Shown one piece after another: positions 1 through 13,900 of a stretch of DNA of 64,000 bases; positions within the stretch are counted from its first letter, which is position 1; each line of letters begins with the position of its first letter. The stretch lies in NCBI GenBank assembly GCA_047495785.1, contig JBLDXI010000010.1, positions 1,488,001-1,552,000 of the forward strand. The letters run 5' to 3'. The notes beneath the pieces are model-generated. The model was not told the DNA's origin. It worked only from the letters and a program-made list of their open reading frames with translations, and made no database searches. The position numbers and the translations under genes were made by a program. The DNA comes from Lepidodermella squamata (Eukaryota; Animalia; Gastrotricha).

Positions 1-3000
1 ACCAGAACAGATCGGTTGACCAACAGGCGTCCATGAACCGTTCGATTGACATGTTTTCACAAATAGTTCCAAGCTGGAATCTGTCTTGAAACCTTGCTTG
101 CAGCTATAAGAAGCGATGCCACCAGTTTGATTCGCAGAAACATTGTAGAATGTGTTGATGCCATCAATTAGAGCTTTGCAAGGAGGAACTATAAATTCTC
201 AGTATAATATTACTAAATAAGGTATGAGAGAAGCGTTTTCTTACGTAGGCATGAAGCTTTGCCATCAACCCAACTCCAGCCAGTTGAGCCACTGAAAGTG
301 CATTCCATGAGCCCAGTTGTAGAGCCAGTCATATTATAGCCAGAATTGCAGATATACTTCACCCGGTCGCCCTTTTTGAAGTAATCCAGGGTGGTGGAGT
401 TGACAAAATAAGCTTGTGCTAAAGATGGCGGATTTGAACAGGCTGTAGCTAAACACGTAGGATAATTGCTATTGATCCGGAGCCAGTTGCCTGTGGCTGC
501 ATTCGGAGTGAATGGATCACAAACATGCATCCCAGTATCAGCGGCTGATTTTGCTGTAAAGCCCTTCTTGCACAACATCATAGCTGTCTGCATAAACCCG
601 GCACTGCCATTAAAGGATTTCAAAGGCGGGGCTGATAAGGACCATTCAGCGTTGTCAGGTAAGGTAACACCTTTAGGTACAGCTGAGCAGTTATTAGATG
701 GGCTCAATCGTCTTCCGCAGGTGTAAGCACATACGATCAGAGCCTCTTTTTCCGTTTCACAGGCTCCAGTAGCCGCCCACTCGCCACACGTGCAGTTCTG
801 GTCAACAGGCAAACGTGGGTCGACTTCGCATTCACAAGTGGCCCATTTCGTGCATGTACCCTGGCACACAATCCACATGAACCCGGGATTAGACATGCAA
901 CTGCCCTGATCCTTCCACGTTTTACACATCGGTCCAATGTCATTTCGAGGGGACAAGCAGAGTGTCGTATCGGTGGAAGGAGTGCAAAGGTTTGGGCCTG
1001 AGCACACTGAGCCTCCCGTACACGCCGGAACACAGCGGTCTAAAATATTGTTCAATCTTATAAACACAAATACCCAAAACTAGTCAAAACTCACATTGGG
1101 AACAATCGTCGCCAGTAAAGAAGTCAGTGCAATTGCATTTATCCGGAGCAGCGCACACGCCATCATTTTTACATTCAAAGGTGCAGATTGCTGAAAATAA
1201 GAAAGGATAGAGGCTAGAAAGGTTAGATCAGGTTCAAAGTATTACGCGTTGTGCAGGCAGGTCCACTCCATCCCGGAGCACAAGTGCATGTCTTGTCAGC
1301 ATTACATGTCCCACCATTGGCACATTTAGGGTCACAAAGAGCTACAGCATATTGCAAAGACAGATTAAGAAGATATTGGCGGATAATATGATACAACCTG
1401 TGTTGCAGGTGGCTCCGCCCCATGCCTCTGTGCAATTGCAGGTGTTCCAACCAACGCAAGTGCCGCCATTTAGACACGGATTTGTGCATGATACTGAGAA
1501 GTACCTGCACATATTCCGAACTCTGTTCAGACTGGATGCGTTCAGGGCAGCTTTGTAGATGGACGTACAGCCTAGGTTGAAAGTTGGCGGATTTGTTCCG
1601 TCGTGCCGGCGGCCAATGTACATCCAATAGCTTGTAACTGGAGGGGGGTTCATCGTCTTTGATCCAATAAATGTGGAGTTACAATAGAGGCTAATATTTC
1701 CCGAGGTTTTTTCATATGTGACTGCAATAAATTGATTGCCCGGTGTGAGCAAACAACTTCCCTTAAGACCAGCCGCCACACCACCACCATTCATTGGGTT
1801 GAACCATAGGTTATCAGCACTATCATACATCCACCAGTGCATAGCAAAGGATGTGTCGTTATTGGTAAACTCAACAATCGGTTGACTCGTTGATGACAGG
1901 ATTCGTATCGTTGCTGCAATTGTAAAAGATTGCCCTGCAAAGTTCAGCAGGCCGTGTCGATAAGTGACGAATTTCGGCGAGGGTGCGCCTTGAACCTGTA
2001 TCGCACACGTTGGGCAGAAGGCGCCTCCACCGTGAACCGGGCGAGTATTCGGTTCTCCATCGATACGGTTAACCCAAGCATCTTTCGTCCCAAAATCTGA
2101 CGTGAAAGGCCAGTAGGCGAGAAGCCCCGGTAACTCGGATAGTTTCGTGTTGATTATATCCCTGTATATCCCGCTCACCGCTATCAATAAAAGCTCCTGG
2201 TTATCATATTAGGAATCATAGCTTTGAGTCTACCTGTGTCGCAGGTAGCTCCTGTCCATCCCGCTTTGCATTTACATCTATTGAACCCAATGCAGGTCCC
2301 GTTATTCTTGCATAGTGATGATGAACATTTCACTGAACATTTACAAAACAAGATTTCGATTTCCTGAGTGTTAAATGAACAAACCTGAGAAAAGCGCACA
2401 TGTATCCTTGACTTTGAGAATTTCGGTCACGTTTAGGGCTGATGAGTGCGCTGAAGCGCATGCCATGCTACCATCAAAGTTAGCGCCTGTAGGATCGCCA
2501 TTGCTGTAAGGGGACTGACTGAAATCAAGAATGAATGCTTGCAGTTCCTTACCTGTAGCCTAGGTTCAATTTTGATGATGTCACAGGGGATGTTGCTACT
2601 TGATAAGAGACACCAGCGGCTTCATCGCAGAAGTGTCTCACAGTTTTCGTCAGCCCGTCGTAAGTCACAGCGATAAAAACCCAACTGAAAGAGGTTGAGC
2701 CGAAAGAGCAAGTGTTCACTGTGCCTGAATCGACAGCTAGAGTATTGGCAGCCGAATAAAGCCAACGCATGCCATATGCACCACTGCCAACAGCTGTATT
2801 CGACGGATTCACATATTCGAAAATGGCTCTAAAATCCTGGATATTACAAGCGATGCTTATGATACCAAACACTACCTCATCACGGATGGCGTAGGAATGA
2901 CGAAGGCAGTGAATGTCCAAGATGATGAGCCGAAATTCAGAGCAGCGTTGTCAAAACCAAGGTAAAGATTAGGATTGCCAGTTCCGAATTGTATCCCAGT

Positions 3001-6000
3001 ATCAGATAAACCGAAAGGGCCAGTGGAATACGTGATCACATTGCTTGCCATTCCGTTAATTGTGTTGAAGTAGTCTTTGGCTTGATAGTCATCTGTCAGA
3101 GGCCAATAAGCTACCAAATCTGTTAGATTTCCAATCCAGCTGCTCAGAAACTCGTAATCGGTAGGCACTAGAATCGATTTTAAGCTAACTTGTGCAACAA
3201 TATATGACAATAAAGCCTGCTCGTACGACGTCTAATAAAAGGATCAAGCTGAACTCGCTGATATCAAACCTCGCACGATTAAACCTCTTATGCTCTTCTA
3301 AAACCTGTCTAAACATAGGAATTCCGGGCATGTTAGAAAATGAAGCTTTACAATAAAGTACGCAAACATTTCCAAATTGCACCGGTTTTTCAGTGTGCGA
3401 AGTAGGATCCTGGAACTGAGGTGTTTTCCAAAGGGTCCCCATGTGGTTTCAGAGCATTCGGGTAACAATTCTCGTCTGAAAATAGTTTTGCTAATTTTTG
3501 CAAGCATTCTAGCTTTTTTGCAGCTATTTTCAGCTTACTCAGAGTATTATTATGCGAACGCTCTGTGGTCACACCGAAACTACCTTCTGTCCCTATCTTC
3601 GCATCCTGAAAAACTATTTTTCCAGAATTCGCGAATGTTAGATTTTATTTTTGGTGTGACTGCGCATGTTCGAGCTGACTCTCTAAACCTGGCTCCGTCG
3701 CTATGACTAGAATCTCGCCGAGGGCAATATCCCTTCAGATAAACAATAAACAAAAATGATAGCCAGATGACGTCTAATGGAAGTAATAGGTCAACGAACT
3801 AACGTTGAAGTTCGTTAGTTAGTAAAAGAATAACTTACAGGCATCACATAGCCTTCCTTTCCAGGGGGCTACGCAGTTACATCGATTGAAACCAGTGCAA
3901 GTTCCGCCGTTAGCGCAAATTGGACATGATACTGATTACAGTATTAAAGTGTTTTAAAGAGACGAATCATCAGCGAAATGCCTACCTGAGAAGTTTTTGC
4001 ATAACTCCTTGACGTCAAGTAGTTGGTCAGCTGTCAAAGATGAGCTAAAAACTGACAAACAAGCGATTTTCGCAGATACGACTACTCCGCCGAAACCCCT
4101 GCGTGGACAGAAAAGTTATTAGGACTGCTGATCGAGTAACATTTCTCACCTGCATCCCAAGCAGACAAGATTCGAAGTAGGCGGAAAAGTTGGGTGTGTC
4201 TCAATGCTCTTAAAAGCATCACCGCAAAAGGCCTTGCTTTGCCGCGTCGTGTGATCGTACGAGTAACCCACATACTGCCAGTTTTGTATCATCGGGCAAA
4301 GGGGATTGTGCGAAGTACCTATGGCATTTACAAACAGTGCGTTGTAAGTGCCGTAGTGCCAGATGTGCAACTGCCACGCGCCGTTAATGTCGCTCCATTC
4401 AAACAGCGGCCCTACACTGCCATCCAACAGGTAGACCCAGAACGATACAGTGAAAGATGAATTTCCAAAACTCAGCTGGCTGTTGTTGAATATAGCGTAT
4501 TTGTTCTGTGGCGTGCTAATGCCGAATTCGACGGCTGTGCTTCCAACGCCGAAAGGTCCTGACGTGAAATTGTGGACCGTGTTTGATGGCGTGGGACTGA
4601 TCTTAGTGCCAGGACTGATATCATTAAATCCATACTTGTAGCTCAGTGGAAGATAAGCTACTAGAGATGGATAGCTTGCTAATTTCGATGATACGTATGC
4701 TTCATCAACATCAACTAAAGATTGGATATTATTACATCCGATTTTTAGACTTCGATCATTCATTTACCTGAAGAGCACAGATCACCAATAAACGGCGGTT
4801 TGCACTTGCACACATTGAAGCCAATGCACGTACCTCCATTCGCACATTTTGCAGGGCAGTATACTATCAGAAGCAGAATTGCCTTACTGTTACAGTAACA
4901 GTATTGGCAATATCTCGTTACCTGAAAACAGCCTGCAGGCTTTACGAACTTGTAACAATTCAGCCTCTGTTAGGGCTTTAGAGTGATAAGAAGCGCAGGC
5001 CATGTAAACGTCTGAGGTCTCGGCTGGCTTGGGGCTACCGTTCGATGTCCACGGGGGTCTAATCAAAATCAGCATAAAATATGGATGAGGATGATCATGA
5101 GGAATTAAAAATCACACCTATAGCCGATGTTCAGCACATTGGTAGTAGCTGCAGGCTTCGATCGCGTTTTAGCCGGTCCTGCCCATGACCATCCGCAAAA
5201 TATCCGCATTGAGTAAGTGCTACCGTTTAAACCAAAAGTTACGGCGACGAATTGCCATTGCTGATATGTCGCGCAATTTCCGTATTGGAAAGCATCTCCA
5301 GTCGGATTTCTCACGTGTAAATACAATGAATTTGCTCCAGTTTTCTGATAAAAGGTAGCGCCCATGTCGCCGTCACCGGGGTAATCAAATGTCGAATTGC
5401 TAAATTGGAATAGCGGGAAGTCAGTCGACGCCTGGGTGTTGATAAAAGCAGTGAATGTCCAATCTCCAGCTCCTCGAACGAGTAGACTAGAATAAACAGT
5501 CAAGTAAGAATTGGCCTTCATGTAGATAGCAGATTTAGGGGCTAGAAAAGGCCCAGAAACGTAATTAGGAGGATCGGGAACGGCAACTGTGTTGAGCTTG
5601 TTAGGTCCAGCATCTAACCGCCCGTAGTTACTCGTCATTGGCCAGTAAGCGATCAATCCGGGTAGCTTCGAGAGTTGGGCATTGATTGTTGCATTATCTA
5701 TAGCGGCAGTATAATCTAGAGAAGGAAATGTTAATTTTTCTTAGGACTGATAACAGAATCCCCAAACTTGAGTTGCAAAGGCCGCCGTAACTGTAGGTCG
5801 GGCATTTGCATATGTTCTTGCCTATGCACGTCCCGCCGTTGGTACACGACGATGAGCAGACTCCTGAAGCAACATTAGAGATTAATATAGCCTTTCTCTC
5901 TGTTGATTACTTTACCTGTAAATGATGTACATGCAAACTGATGGAGCTGTAGTTCATCGATAGTCAGGGCTTTTGAATGGAAGCCACCGCACATTGCTCT

Positions 6001-6708
6001 AACGTTCGAAGCTGTGTTCGGAGTCGGTGTATCTCTATAATAAATATTACATTACTCATTACTTGAATGTTTGAGAAGTGAATGTTCAGACCTGTATGCA
6101 ATGTACACTTTGTTAGTCGTGACAATGCTTGAGGCTGGGTACGGCATAACAGCGACAGGTGCAAAAGCGCCATCGCAGTACAGTCTTAGCACACCGGTAT
6201 TCGCATCGTATACAATAGCGATCACTACAGCCCCAGATATATCGCATGGGTAAATCATCCATTCCGAACCAGGTAGCCCATTGATGCCAATAATATTACT
6301 GCCTGTTTGCCAGACGTAAAAGCCGTAGTTAGTTCCAACAGGCGGATCGTCATATTCCATTATAGGGAGAACACCTCTTGTATTGGTGTCAATTATCTGG
6401 ACATAGGTCCATGACGTTGCTCCGAAGTTCAATCGCGGGTCTGTTATCGTTATGTAGCGGCCGCTCGATGCGTTGTACGATCCGAGGGGTTCATTGCTGT
6501 AGCCGACTTCATAACTGCCGGATGCCGTGCTGGAAAGTACGCTATTCATCTTGGCTGTTGTTTTCGCATCATTGCCGGCGTAGGAACTGCTCCATGGCCA
6601 GTATGCTAAGCAACTATCGAGGGAAGCTAGCGCAGCGAAAGCTAGATCAGAGTCCGATTTAACTAATGGCGCGAAGCAAAGTATTGCAATCAACTTTAAC
6701 AGCAACAT
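1..6708 (-). CDS. Copy A (3' end runs off window): multi-exon LamG/pentraxin-like x5 + EGF + ShKT x2 + Sushi protein
   Basis: Signal peptide MLLLKLIAILCFAPLVKS (ATG 6708). Five LamG-like modules begin AYWP/AYLP and end IAYR/IGYR/LGCR/LGYR/IGRR. EGF exons (CxNGGTC), ShKT (CKTWKDQGSCMSNPGFMWIVCQGTC) and Sushi exons at 213-1067 and 1-190. Short GT-AG introns. Confidence 0.88.
3391..3450. mobile_element. End of a related hAT-like MITE in the equivalent intron of copy A
   Basis: CAGTGTGCGAAGTAGGATCCTGGAACTGAGGTGTTTTC matches the reverse complement of 13031-13068. Confidence 0.6.
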
Positions 6709-6985
6709 TTTTTGGGCAATAATGGTGTTAACTGTTAATATTTCGGTCGTGGCATATTCAATCAATCGTCACCGTGCGGCTTCATTGTTCGCAAATCTCG
6801 TTAATCATGTATGATGGTTGCAAACATATACAAGAAATATTACGATGTTGGGAGACGGCTATTTTTACTTGTTGGGTTCATTCCTTCAAGAAAGTTCTAC
6901 CTAGAATTCGCCATAAATTATCTACGTGTGACAATTCAACGTTTTACGAACAATTGTTTTTGAATGGGTAATTAATAATGATTTC

Positions 6986-7093
6986 TGTGCGAAGCATAGA
7001 GCCATATCGATAAAGCCTGTTAGGTGTTAGGTGGACTAGTTAGGAGGTGTGCGAAGCATAGAGCCATATCGATAAAGCCTGTTAGGTGGACTA
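6986..7093. repeat. Local direct duplication (~41-bp unit, two copies)
   Basis: TGTGCGAAGCATAGAGCCATATCGATAAAGCCTGTTAGGTG at 6986 and 7048. Confidence 0.85.
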
Positions 7094-7485
7094 TTTGTTG
7101 CGTCGTTATCCGAACAACTTTCTACAACGTACAATGAGATACAACAGAAGGTCTTATTTATTGACTTTAACATCACTTTTTCGGTCTGGAAGTCAGAAGT
7201 CCGACAGTGCGCATTTATCGATGGTTAGGAAATAGGGATGAATAATAACTAAGTTTGAGCGGCCCAGCATGATGTTTAGAGAAGCTTTTATTCTCAGCCG
7301 CTAACTTGAGAAACATACATAAATGCTAATAAAGGTTTTCACTCGTTGAATCATGCCCTCGTTACTTTTTTTACGGTATTTTTAAAGATTTTGTGTCAGG
7401 AATAGTCGGAAATCGCTACAAAGCCCTCCTTTTCCACCTTTTTTCTTAATTCCAATGAAATTATACAATTTTCTACTGCCAGACC

Positions 7486-7532
7486 GAGCTGAGGTGTCGC
7501 GACACCCCAGAACCCCTGTACCTCGCACTCTG
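7486..7532. mobile_element. hAT-like MITE end (same family)
   Basis: GAGCTGAGGTGTCGCGACACCCCAG...CTGTACCTCGCACTCTG. Confidence 0.6.
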
Positions 7533-7987
7533 GGAAATAATAATTGCACGACATTAGTTTCACTAAATTTCTAGAATGTACCATTGTTCCATCAACACCA
7601 GTGAGCCCCGTCTGAATTTCAACATGGCGTAGACTATAGTGTAGACAATGTACTTATTGCGTATATTTTTCGCAAAATCATAACGGCGGATTAAAAAACT
7701 GTCAGATGTAGGAAGAATTACGCTCCACCTGGCATCTGCCAGACAAAACGCGATGCTCCTGTGACCCTGGCAACCGCGTTTGGCTGACAATCGAAACCTG
7801 ACGGTAAAATAAATGAAAATCGGTGAGCATCATATCTAGAATGCTATAATTTATTCAATTATCAAGTTATCGAATCTCTGAAAACGCCCAGCGTGAACCA
7901 CCAACGCGCCGCTGAAAACCATTTTTTCAATGTTATCAGCCAAGTATGTCAGCAACAGAGGCGATTTAACGTCCTCAGCAACAATGA

Positions 7988-10900
7988 TCATCCGGATGCT
8001 TCAAACTCCGGAATGTCCATACCGCCTTCTATATGGCCTGGTTCTTTCCTCTTTTGAGGCGCTCCAGTTGCTGGTCTATTAGGACCCAATGGGTTTGGTA
8101 CCAGAATATCAGACTGTTGGCCGTTAACAAAGCCAGCAGTAGCAAGCTGTTGCTGTTCTTTCTTCTTTTCCAAATCGTCCATGAATCTTTCTGTCGCATA
8201 CTTGTTGCGCAAGCGAGCTCTCAATTGATGAAGTTGCCCCAACCGGCGTTTGTCTCTCAGCCACTTTGTGAAATGATTTAAATTATGTTGAAATCGTCTG
8301 ATGTCTCTACTTAGAGTCATATAGTCGAGGCACACAACAATGCCTAAGAAAAAGCCGAGAATCGATAAAACTGTCGAGGCGGTAGCCACTGCCGTGTCTG
8401 ATTCGTAGGCGACTACTTTCGCCGGCTTCGGGGCGGTCAGAAGGGCATTTCTCGAGCATGCAAGTTGCTGTTTGTCCCATGTGGCATTCTCGTTGCATCG
8501 CCAATATGCAATTTGGTAGGTTTGATTTTTGCTTGGCTCATAGCCTTGATTCCAGTCACACTCGAAAGCAACTACTTCGTTGTAGAGAATTGTTTCAACT
8601 TCAGAACTCGAGTTCATTATCCGATAATTGGTTATTTCAAAGCTTTGCGGCATTTCGCAGCTCACAACTGAAAGAAATTGAGCCCTGAATATACTATCAT
8701 TTGCCTTATGAAGTTACTTACGAAGGCAAGCTAGTTGGTTGGTTGACCAATATCCAGATTCCAAACAAGTATTTACCACTTGACCCAAAGGTGTGTTCTC
8801 CGTGCCAGGCTCAATGTACAAGCTGTTAGCACCTTTGCTACATTTTGTGGTGAAAGTTTCCCCGAACAAGTAGGTAATAGCTTTCAAATCCGTTATGTAT
8901 GCATTTTCTTCCTCCATTGGCTTCGAGCACGTAACAACTGAAAGAACAATTTAATACGTCACACGGGGCACAAAGTCGCAAAAAAATTACCCGAGCAGAT
9001 CGGTTGACCTACAGGCGTCCATGTTCCATTAGATTGACACGTTTTCACAAACAGCTCCAAACTGGAATCTGTTTTGTATCCTTGCTTACAGCCATAAGAA
9101 GCGATTCCGCCAGTTTGATTCGCAGAAACATTGTAGAATGTGTTGATGCCATCGATAAGAGCCTTGCATGGAGGAACTGAAAATTCTCGATAGAAGGTCT
9201 AAGGTCTAATGTATGAAAAATACATTTCCTTACGTAGGCAAGTTGCTTTACCGTCAGCCCAGCTCCAGCCAGTTGAGCCAGTAAAAGTGCATTCCATGAG
9301 CCCGGATGTAGATCCAGTCATATTGTAACCAGCATTGCAAATATACTTCACGCGGTCTCCCTTTTTGAAATAATCTAGGTTGGTGGAGTTTACGAAATAA
9401 GCCTGAGCGAGGGATGGCGGATTCGGACAGGCAGCAGCTAAACACGTAGGATAATTGCTATTGATCCGGAGCCAGTTGCCAGTGGCTGCATTCGGCGTGA
9501 ATGGATCACAAACATGCATCCCAGTATCGGCGGCTGATTTAGCTGTGAAACCCTTCTTGCATAACATCAACGCTGTTTGCATGAAACCAGCATTGCCATT
9601 GAATGATTTCAAAGGCGGAGCTGATAGGGACCATTCAGCGTTGTCAGGTAAAGTTACTCCTTCGGGAACAGCTGAGCAGTTGTTGAGAGGATTCAATCGT
9701 CTGCCGCAGGTGTAAGCGCATACGACCATTGCCTCCATTTCAGTTTCACAGGCTCCAGTAGCCGCCCAATCGCCACATGTACAATTCTGGTCAACAGGCA
9801 AACCGGGGTCGACTTCGCATTCACAAGTCGCCCACTTTGTGCATGTACCCTGGCATGCGATCCACATGAAACCGGGATTAGACATGCAACTGCCCTGGTC
9901 TTTCCAAGTTTGACACATCGGGCCAACATCTTTTCGAGGGGACAGGCAAAGTGTGGTATTAGTGGATCGAGTGCAAACATTTGAGCCAGTACACACTGAG
10001 CCTGTCGAGCATGCCGGGACACATCGAACTAATAAAAACGTTGACATAAAATTTTTTTAAGTAATCACCCGTAACTCACATTGTGAACAATCGTCACCCG
10101 TATAGAGATCAGTGCAATTACATTTGTCTGGAGCTATGCAAACGCCATCATTTTTGCATTGGTAGGTGCAAATAGCTAAAAAAGTATTACAAATCGAAAG
10201 GTATCGAAATGGACAAAGGAAAACTGAAACAGGAAACATGAGGCAGAGTATGGCTTAAAAGCCTTGAAAAGCAACATTAAGCCTTTGATGGTGCTCGCGT
10301 CGGCTTCTGAAGCAGAATGAATAACCCTGATTTCAATAAATTTGTCCATTTTATTGCTCATGCCTCATAGCTCCTCCAGTGTCCCATTCGTTTTACTATT
10401 CCTCAATATTCGATTTATTCATCTTTTGTAGCTTACGTGTCGTGCAAGATGTTCCACTCCAGCCCGAAGCGCAAGTGCAAGTTTTGTCAGCATTACAGGT
10501 CGCGCCATTCGCGCAATTAGGGTTGCAAATTGCTGAAAACAAGTCGTGAAACATTGGAGTCAATGCAAGAGCAAAGAAACTGAAATTTACATGTATCACA
10601 GGTGGAACCGGTCCATATATCCGTACAATTGCATTTGTCAGGAGCAATGCACGTGCCACCATTTTTACATGCATTAGTGCAAATAGCTAGAAAATATACA
10701 AAAATATGTGTTTTCGATATTGTTTTTTTTCAAAAGATTACGCGTTGAGCAGGAAGGACCAGTCCACCCAGAAGAACATGTGCACTTGCCAGTATTGCAT
10801 GTACCACCATTCCCACATTTAGGGTTACAAAGAGCTTAATATGAATGGAAATCAATGTTAACGGTGAGTTTAAAATTGAATGTTACCAGTATTGCAGGTG

Positions 10901-13900
10901 GCACCGGTCCATACCTCGGTGCAATTGCAGATGCTTGAACCGACACATGTGCCACCATTTAGACAAGGATTTGTGCACGATACGGCGAAGTACCTACACA
11001 TATTTCGAACTTGGCTCAGACTGGACGCGTTCAGGGCAGCTGTGTGAATGGACGTGCAGCCTATGTTGAAAGTCGGCGGGTACGTCGTGTCACCATATCG
11101 ACGGCCAATGGACATCCAATAGCTTGTGGCTGGAGGGGGATTCATCACCTTTGATCCAACAAACGTGGAGTTACAATATAGGCTGATATTACCCGAAGCT
11201 TTTTCATAAGTGACAGCAATAAATTGGTTGCCTGGTGTGACCAAGCAGTTAGCCTTCAGACCATCCGCTGAGCCAGCAACGTTCATCGGGTTAAACCATA
11301 GTTTATCAGCACTGTCATACATCCACAAGTGCATCCCAGGAGATGTGTCATTTTTAGTAAAATCCACGATCGGTTGATTCGACGTTGACAGGATTCGTAT
11401 CGTTGTTGCAATTGTGAAAGATTGCCCTTCCAGGTTAAGCAGGCTATTTCGGTAAGTTACGAATTTCGATAAGGGTGAGCCTTGAACTTGTAGCGCGCAG
11501 TTCGAGCAAAACGCCCCACTGCTGTGAACCGGGCGAGTATTCGGTTCTCCATCGATGCGGTTAACCCAAGCATCTCTTGTCCCAAAGTCCGGCGTAAATG
11601 GCCAGTATGCTAGAAGCCCAGGAAACTCGGAAAGCTTCGCATTGATTATATCTCTGTATATCATTACTGTCAACACGATTAGCGTGTTTCTAGATAGGCA
11701 GCGTTATACTTTACCTGTGTCGCAAATTACTCCTGTCCACCCTGGTTGGCATTTACATCTATTGAACCCAACGCAGGTCCCGTTATTCTTGCACAGTGAT
11801 GATGAACATTTCACTAAATATTTACAAAACGAGATTTCGATTTCCTGAGTGTTTAATGAACAAACCTGAGAAAAGCGCACATGTATCCTTGACTTTTAGA
11901 ATTTCGGTGAAATTCAATGACGATGAGTGCACTGAAGCACACGCTATACTACCATCGAAGTTAGCACCGGTAGGATCGCCATTGCTATAACGAAAACTGA
12001 CTGAAAAGAAGAATGAAATCTCGCTTTTTCTAACCTGAAGCCCAAGTTCAACATCGAGGAGGTCAAAGGGGCCGTGGCCAATTGGTACGTGGCACCAAGA
12101 GATTCGTTACAGAAGTGTCTCACAGTTTTGGTAGTGCCATCATAAGTCACAGCGATGAAAACCCAACTGAAAGAACTCGAGCCAAAGGAGCAAGTGTTTG
12201 CTGTGCCTGAATCGACAGCTAGAGTATTGGCAGCCGAGTATAGCCAACGCATGCCATATGCACCGCTGCCAACAGCTGTATTCGACGGATTCACATATTC
12301 GAGGAGGGTTCTAAACTTGGAAAAATGTACAATGGCTCAGGATCCCAAACAATACCTCATCACAGATGCTGTAGGAATGATGAAGGCAGCGTAAGTCCAA
12401 GATGAAGAGCCGAAATTCAGAACAGCTTTGTCAAACCCAAGGTAAAGCTTAGGGTTGCCAGTACCAAATTGTATCCCAGTGTCAGATAAACCGAAAGGAC
12501 CAGTGGAGTAGGTTATCAAATTGTTTGCAACGCCGTTGATTGTATTTAAGTAGTCTTTTGCTTGGTAGTTGTAATTTAGAGGCCAGTAAGCAACCAAATC
12601 CGTTAGATTTGCGATCCAGTTGTTCACATACTCGTCATCAATTGGCACTAACATCGATATTATAATTTTCAGTGCGGGACAGTGTGGCATGTATTGTGCA
12701 TTCGGTCCCTTTCTATCCCGTCCTATCTCATCCTACGAGATTCCCGCTCTGACTTCGAACAATCAGTTCAATTTACGAATACAGCCTTAGAATTTATCAA
12801 AAATTACGTGGCCTCCAGACGCCGAAATAGGTTGTTGCCAACCTGATTTCTTGGGACTCATCTCCTCTTTTGATATTTCTTTGGAATTTAATTTTTACCT
12901 GGACTGGGTGCGAAGTACAGGGGTGTGGGGTGTCGCGACACCCCAGCTCCGGGACTAAAACCAGAGAAAGGCTGGAAAGATCACAGGGGGGACCCTTTGG
13001 TTTCTTTAGCCAAGTCCTAGAAAACAAGTAGAAAACACCTCAGCTCCTGAATTCTAATTCGCACACTGTTCCTGGATCTATGATAGAATATCGCCGTGAC
13101 TTACATGAAAAACTTACATGTGTCACATATCCGTCCTACCCACGGCGCTATGCAGTTACATCTGTTGAAACCAGAGCAGGTTCCGCCATTGGCACAAATT
13201 GGACATGATACTAATTAGATATTAACGCTTTAAAATCAATTAGATAACCAGTATTGAAATGCATACTCGAGAAGCTTTTGCATAAATCTTTGACATCAAG
13301 CAGTTGGTCAGTAGTCAAAGATGAGCTAAATATTGATAAACAAGCCATTTTTGCAGAAATGACTAATCCGCCGAAACTCCTGTTGAAAAAATAGAAATGA
13401 AGATTGTTGGTCAATTCCATCTTCTCACCTGCATCCGAGGCAAACAAGGTTTGAAGTTGGCGGATAATATGAATACGTCTCGATGCTCTTATATGCATCG
13501 CCGCAAAAGGCCTTGCCTTGCCTTTTCAAGTGGTCGTACGAGTAGCCAACATACTGCCAGTTTTGTATCATGGGGCACAGGGGATTGTGAATAGCAACCC
13601 CGGCATTGACCCACAAGGCGTTATAAATTCCATGGTGCCACAAATGTAAACCGGTTCCGCCGCTACTATTAGTCCATTCAAATAGCGGGCCTTCATCGCC
13701 ATTCAGCAGATAAACCCAGAAAGCAACCGTGAAGGAAGAATTTCCGAAGTTCAGCTGGCTGTTGTTGAATACGGCATATTTGTTCTGTAGAGAGCTATTA
13801 CCGAATTCGACTGCGGTGCTTCCAACGCCGTAAGGTCCAGACGTGAAATTGTGGACTGCGTTTGACGGTGTCGGACTTACCTTCGACCCAGGACTGATGT

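Noticed and set aside
466-726. Plus-strand ORF recurring at 9455 and 23175
   Set aside because: Antisense shadow of the conserved ShKT/Sushi exon; the recurrence is explained by the paralogy.
6986-7093. CRISPR-like direct repeat pair
   Set aside because: Only two units, the spacer is itself made of repeat fragments (GTTAGG), eukaryotic context, no cas genes.
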